NCBI GenBank assembly: GCA_963796875.1
Contig: CAWCNL010000002.1
Coordinates: 1,153,134-1,217,133, forward strand
Length of the DNA: 64,000 nt
From: an uncultured Actinomycetes bacterium
GTDB taxonomy: Bacteria; Actinomycetota; Thermoleophilia; Gaiellales; JAICJC01
Direction of reading: 5' to 3'
A model generated the notes under the pieces. That model did not search any database. It was not told the origin of the DNA and saw only the letters and a list, made by a program, of their open reading frames with translations. Below are positions 60,321-64,000 of the stretch, piece after piece. Position numbers and translations under genes: made by a program. Position 1 is the stretch's first letter; every line of letters begins with the position of its first letter.

Positions 60321-61625
60321 ATGAGCCTCCCTTCCAAGGCCAAGTACCTCGTCATCGGGGCCGGCATCCACGGCCTCTCGAGCGCGTGGCACCTGGCGAA
60401 GGAGCAGCGCGCCCGCGGCGAGGAGCCCGACGTGCTGGTGGTCGACAAGACCGGCGTCGGCGCCGGCGCGTCCGGCATCGCCTGCGGCGTCATCCGCAAC
60501 AACTACTTCCAGCCGGCCATGAGCGAGCTGATGGCCGCAAACGTCGAGGTCTGGGAGCAGGATCCGGCCGCCTTCTCGTTCCACGAGGTGGGCTACATCG
60601 CACTCGGCGCCGAGCGCCAGATCGGCGACCTCACCGAGGTCAGCAAGCGACACGAGGCGATCGGCTATCCGTCGCAGCTGATCGTGGGCGAGGCCGAGGT
60701 GCGTGACCACATGAAGGCGATGTTCCCCGACTGGCGCGCCCAGGGCGTGCACGTGGCGCTGCACGAGCAGAAGGGTGGCTTCGCCAACAACATGGCCTCG
60801 CTGCACGGCCTCGCTGCCAAGGCCAAGGAGGCCGGCGCGAAGATCGTTGACGGCGTGCGCGTGACCGGCTTTGAGACCGATTCGAGCGGCGCGGTCACCA
60901 GGGTCAACACCGACCAGGGCGACATCGAGGTCGAGCAGGTCGTGGTGGGCGTCGGCCCCTGGATCGAGCGGCTCTGGACGATGCTCGGCTTGCCGAACAA
61001 GCTCGACGTCCGCACTCCCGAGGGGCAGGTCAACAAGGACCTCGACATGTGGACGTACTGGTACCTGCAGGAGGGCGAGATCGGGGTGGATCCCAAGCTG
61101 CTCTCGCTGGAGGACGGCTCGATGCCGCCGGTGCTGCACGTCGACTCCGACGCGCCGCTCTACGACGACGAGGGCAAGCTGATCACCGACGAGTTCTGGG
61201 GCAACTACTTCAAGCAGGACCTGCACGGCGTGCAGGGCGGTGCCGCTCCGGTGGTCGTCGGCCACGAGTACGAGGTCGACCCCTATCCCACGGCGTCGGT
61301 CGAAAACGACTTCGCTGACATGTGGTGCGCGTCGCTTTCACACTGCATGAAGCGGTTCGAGGGCAAGCGCCCCACGTACAAGAACATCCGCTCGGGCGGC
61401 GTCGGCTGCTTCACCGTCGACAGCTTCCCGGTGTTCGACTACATGCTGCCCAACGTGTACGTGATCGCCGACTCCAACCACGGCTACAAGATGATCGGTG
61501 TGGGCCGCGAGGTCGCGCGGGTGATGAGCGGGGGCGAGTCGAAGGTGCTCGAGCCGTTCAGCTACGAGCGCTTCTCGACCGGCAAGCTCCATCCGGTCAG
61601 CAACAGCCCGTATCCCTGGAGCTAG
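60321..61625 (+). CDS. FAD-dependent oxidoreductase (DAO family, sarcosine-oxidase-beta-like)
   Basis: Intact 434-aa ORF with an N-terminal dinucleotide fold KYLVIGAGIHGLSSAWHLAKE. Confidence 0.75.
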   Translation: MSLPSKAKYLVIGAGIHGLSSAWHLAKEQRARGEEPDVLVVDKTGVGAGASGIACGVIRNNYFQPAMSELMAANVEVWEQDPAAFSFHEVGYIALGAERQIGDLTEVSKRHEAIGYPSQLIVGEAEVRDHMKAMFPDWRAQGVHVALHEQKGGFANNMASLHGLAAKAKEAGAKIVDGVRVTGFETDSSGAVTRVNTDQGDIEVEQVVVGVGPWIERLWTMLGLPNKLDVRTPEGQVNKDLDMWTYWYLQEGEIGVDPKLLSLEDGSMPPVLHVDSDAPLYDDEGKLITDEFWGNYFKQDLHGVQGGAAPVVVGHEYEVDPYPTASVENDFADMWCASLSHCMKRFEGKRPTYKNIRSGGVGCFTVDSFPVFDYMLPNVYVIADSNHGYKMIGVGREVARVMSGGESKVLEPFSYERFSTGKLHPVSNSPYPWS

Positions 61626-61664
61626 CCACTGCAACAAACGTGCCTGGCACGTTTGTTGCAGTGG
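61626..61664. repeat. palindromic repeat, GTGCC-N-GGCAC family (39-nt perfect palindrome)
   Basis: CCACTGCAACAAACGTGCC T GGCACGTTTGTTGCAGTGG begins 1 nt after the TAG of the 60321..61625 gene. Its 29-nt core is identical to 38536-38564. Confidence 0.9.
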
Positions 61665-61699
61665 GCCGGCCGGCGCGTGGATCATGCGCCGGCCGGCCC
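61663..61699. terminator. GC-rich hairpin adjacent to the 61626 palindrome
   Basis: GGGCCGGCCGGCGC-gtggatcat-GCGCCGGCCGGCCC, followed by TT. Lies between convergent genes. Confidence 0.5.
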
Positions 61700-61716
61700 T
61701 TGCGGGCTTCAGCGCC

Positions 61717-62151
61717 TCAGTGGATCGGAGGCTCCCAGCCCTCGAGCACCGGCGGCTTCCAGTCGGTGCCGACGGTCTTCGAGCCCTCGACCCACGGGCC
61801 GAGTTCGGGCTGGGGGAACTTGCAGTGCTTCTCCTTCATCAGGATCCCGTAGGAGTTGCCCGACGTGAGGTGCTTGATCAGCACCTTGCGGGCGAACTCG
61901 TCTTCGTGTCCCTTGGGGATGTCGAAGTAGATCTTGATGAAGCAGTTGGAGTACCGGTCGAACACGGCCGGCACGCCGTCCTCCTCGAGCAGCTCGATGT
62001 CCTCGAGCCAGTTGATGTCCTCGCCCGGAGTCGCGGCCAGCAGGTCGATGTCCTGCACCAGCGAGATGTCCTCCTGGTACTCGAACCGCTTGCCCGCCAT
62101 GAACTCGGCATCGATCGAGGTGTGCTTCTCGGGTTCTTTGACGTAGCTCAT
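61717..62151 (-). CDS. hypothetical acidic protein, translationally coupled to the glutamate-synthase-like FMN subunit
   Basis: Intact 144-aa ORF with strong GC3 bias. The ATG lies 2 nt after the upstream stop. I recognise no family. Confidence 0.6.
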   Translation of the reverse strand: MSYVKEPEKHTSIDAEFMAGKRFEYQEDISLVQDIDLLAATPGEDINWLEDIELLEEDGVPAVFDRYSNCFIKIYFDIPKGHEDEFARKVLIKHLTSGNSYGILMKEKHCKFPQPELGPWVEGSKTVGTDWKPPVLEGWEPPIH

Positions 62152-62153
62152 GA

Positions 62154-63584
62154 TCAGTCTCCCGTCGCTTCGAGGTGCGCCTCGCGGACGGCCTCTTCCT
62201 CATGCTTGGCCTCGAGCAGGCGCTTGATCTCGCTGAGCGTCTGCTGCTCGGTCACGCCGGGGATGTAGGTCGTGCCGGCCAGCGGCACCCGCGCCATGGC
62301 GGACGCCTCGGTGGTCAGCGCGCACAGATCCTCGGGCTCGAGGCTGTGGACGTTGGTCTTGCCGCACGCGCGGGCCAGCATCTGCACTTCCAGCGTCAGC
62401 GTGTGCAGGAAGTTGTAGACCCGCTCGGACGCCTCTTCGACGACCAGCCGCTTGCGCAGCTCGGGATCCTGCGTGGCCACGCCCACCGGGCAGCGACCGG
62501 TGTGGCAGTGGTAGCACTGGCCTGCCGGCACACCCACGGTGCCCTCGTAGTCGGTGACTCCGGGGATCTCCTTGTTGCAGTTCAGCGCCATCAGCGCCGA
62601 GTGGCCGATTGCAACGGCCTTCGCGCCGAGGGCGATGCACTTGGCGACGTCGCCGCCGTTGCGGATACCGCCGGCGACGACCAGGTCGATCTGATCGGCC
62701 AGGCCGACGTCCTCGAGTGCCCGGCGGGCCTCGGGGATCGCGGCCATCAGCGGGATGCCGGTCTCCTCGGTGGCGATGTGCGGGCCGGCGCCGGTGCCGC
62801 CCTCGGCACCGTCCAGGTAGATCACGTCAGGGCCGCACTTGGCCGCCATCCGCACGTCGTCGTACACGCGCGAGGCACCCAGCTTCAGCTGGATCGGGAT
62901 CTGGTAGTCGGTGGCCTCGCGAACCTCCTGGATCTTCAGCGAGAGGTCGTCGGGGCCGAGCCAGTCGGGATGCCGCGCCGGAGAGCGCTGGTCGATCCCG
63001 GCCGGCAGCGACCGCATCTCGGCCACCTGCTCGGTCACCTTCTGGCCCATCAGGTGGCCGCCCAGGCCCACCTTGCAGCCCTGGCCGATGAAGAACTCGC
63101 AGGCGTCGGCCAGCATCAGATGATGCGGGTTGAAGCCGTAGCGGCTCTGGATGCACTGGTAATACCACTTGGTGCTGTGGTCGCGCTCGGGCGGAATCAT
63201 GCCGCCCTCACCCGAACAGGTCGCCGTGCCGGCCATCGACGCGCCGCGCGCCAGAGCCATCTTGGCCTCCAGCGAAAGCGCTCCGAAGCTCATTCCGGTG
63301 ATGTACACGGGAATGTCGAGTTCGATCGGCTTCTTGGCAAACCGTCCGCCGATCACCGTCTTGGTCTCGCACTTCTCGCGGTAGCCCTCGATCACGAATC
63401 GCGTCAGGGTGCCCGGCATGAACATCAGCTCGTCCCAGTGGGGGATCGGCTTGAACATCGAGAATCCGCGCATCCGGTAGCGGCCCAGATCCGACTTCAC
63501 GTGGATGTCGTTGATCACCTCGGGGGTGAAGATCCGGCTGTGTCCGAGCACGTTCTGCTGCGCGGAGGTCTTATCACTCGCCAT
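62154..63584 (-). CDS. glutamate synthase-like FMN-binding protein (N-methylglutamate synthase subunit C-like)
   Basis: From ATG 63584 (AGGAGG RBS) in ORF 62154..63740. GltS FMN-domain hallmarks (..ITGMSFGALS.., ..LDGAEGGTGAGP.., ..VAGGIRNGGDVAK..). Confidence 0.8.
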   Translation of the reverse strand: MASDKTSAQQNVLGHSRIFTPEVINDIHVKSDLGRYRMRGFSMFKPIPHWDELMFMPGTLTRFVIEGYREKCETKTVIGGRFAKKPIELDIPVYITGMSFGALSLEAKMALARGASMAGTATCSGEGGMIPPERDHSTKWYYQCIQSRYGFNPHHLMLADACEFFIGQGCKVGLGGHLMGQKVTEQVAEMRSLPAGIDQRSPARHPDWLGPDDLSLKIQEVREATDYQIPIQLKLGASRVYDDVRMAAKCGPDVIYLDGAEGGTGAGPHIATEETGIPLMAAIPEARRALEDVGLADQIDLVVAGGIRNGGDVAKCIALGAKAVAIGHSALMALNCNKEIPGVTDYEGTVGVPAGQCYHCHTGRCPVGVATQDPELRKRLVVEEASERVYNFLHTLTLEVQMLARACGKTNVHSLEPEDLCALTTEASAMARVPLAGTTYIPGVTEQQTLSEIKRLLEAKHEEEAVREAHLEATGD

Positions 63585-63592
63585 TGGTCCTC

Positions 63593-64000
63593 CTAGAGAA
63601 CGAGCTTCCGCTCGGAAGGCTCGAGGTTGTCGTAGTTGTAGAGCTTCTTGCCGCACACGAACTTCTGGAACTCCGGCGGAGTGCCCAGCTCGTAGATGCT
63701 GAACTTGCGGTTGATGTACTCGGCGTCGGCGTCGGTCCACTCACCGGGCACACAGTCGATACCCAGAGCCTTGACCTTGCCTCCGACGTAGATGATGCCG
63801 TCGTACATCGAGTCGCCGAGACCGGGGCCCGCGTCGCCGCAGATGATCTGCCGGCCGCGCTGCATCATGAAGCCGGTCATCGAGCCGACCGAACCCATCG
63901 TGAGGATCAGGCCGCCCTTCTGGTCGATCCCCGAGCGTGCGCCGCAGCGGCCCTTGACCACCAGGTCGCCGCCGCGGAGGGCCGCGCCGGTGAGTGAGCC
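63593..64000 (-). CDS. GXGXG-motif protein (glutamate synthase alpha C-terminal-domain-like; N-methylglutamate synthase subunit B-like), 5' end outside the window
   Basis: The frame of ORF 63593..63961 stays open to the window edge. ..GDLVVKGRCGARSGIDQKGGLILTMGSVGSMTGFMMQRGRQIICGDAGPGLGDSMYDGIIYVGG.. is the repeated beta-helix GXGXG pattern. Confidence 0.75.
   Translation of the reverse strand, partial: GSLTGAALRGGDLVVKGRCGARSGIDQKGGLILTMGSVGSMTGFMMQRGRQIICGDAGPGLGDSMYDGIIYVGGKVKALGIDCVPGEWTDADAEYINRKFSIYELGTPPEFQKFVCGKKLYNYDNLEPSERKLVL

Overview
High-GC bacterial chromosomal segment (roughly two-thirds G+C by eye). Gene content and codon usage look Actinomycetota-like, but the taxon cannot be fixed from this window. 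I saw no rRNA, tRNA, CRISPR array, transposase, integrase or phage genes. Left to right: glmS; a secreted FN3+GH18 protein; a three-gene cluster of secreted WxL-like and DUF916-like surface proteins; an ABC-2 exporter; a myo-inositol catabolic cluster (iolC-B-D, two Gfo/Idh/MocA dehydrogenases, a LacI repressor, an IolE-like gene, an aldolase); a LacI-linked PotABCD-type ABC importer plus a Zn-dependent dehydrogenase; DUF3052, GT4 and HAD genes; an 11-gene purine operon purD-E-B-C-S-Q-L-F-M-N-H; a cyclohydrolase, fhs and heterotetrameric sarcosine-oxidase-type genes soxD-A-G-B; a GAF-PucR regulator; an acyl-CoA-dehydrogenase-like gene; an APC permease; a USP; a flavin reductase; an IclR regulator; a beta-oxidation operon (ligase, ACAD, HAD/ECH, thiolase); an FAD oxidoreductase; and N-methylglutamate-synthase-like genes running off the right edge. 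Two window-wide peculiarities stand out. (1) At least 14 related palindromic intergenic repeats sit at almost every operon end: simple GGGGTCAGACCCC hairpins, ~97-bp composite palindromes with GTGAATAA...TTATTCAC termini, and a GTGCC(A/T)GGCAC family. Several contain the stop codons of the flanking genes. (2) About two dozen reading-frame breaks occur in otherwise well-conserved genes. Many lie at G or C runs and they cluster unevenly. I annotate the affected genes as pseudogene/frameshifted, but homopolymer sequencing error is at least as likely as real decay. Coordinates read from the raw sequence are anchored to the ORF track and should be good to about +/-2 nt.
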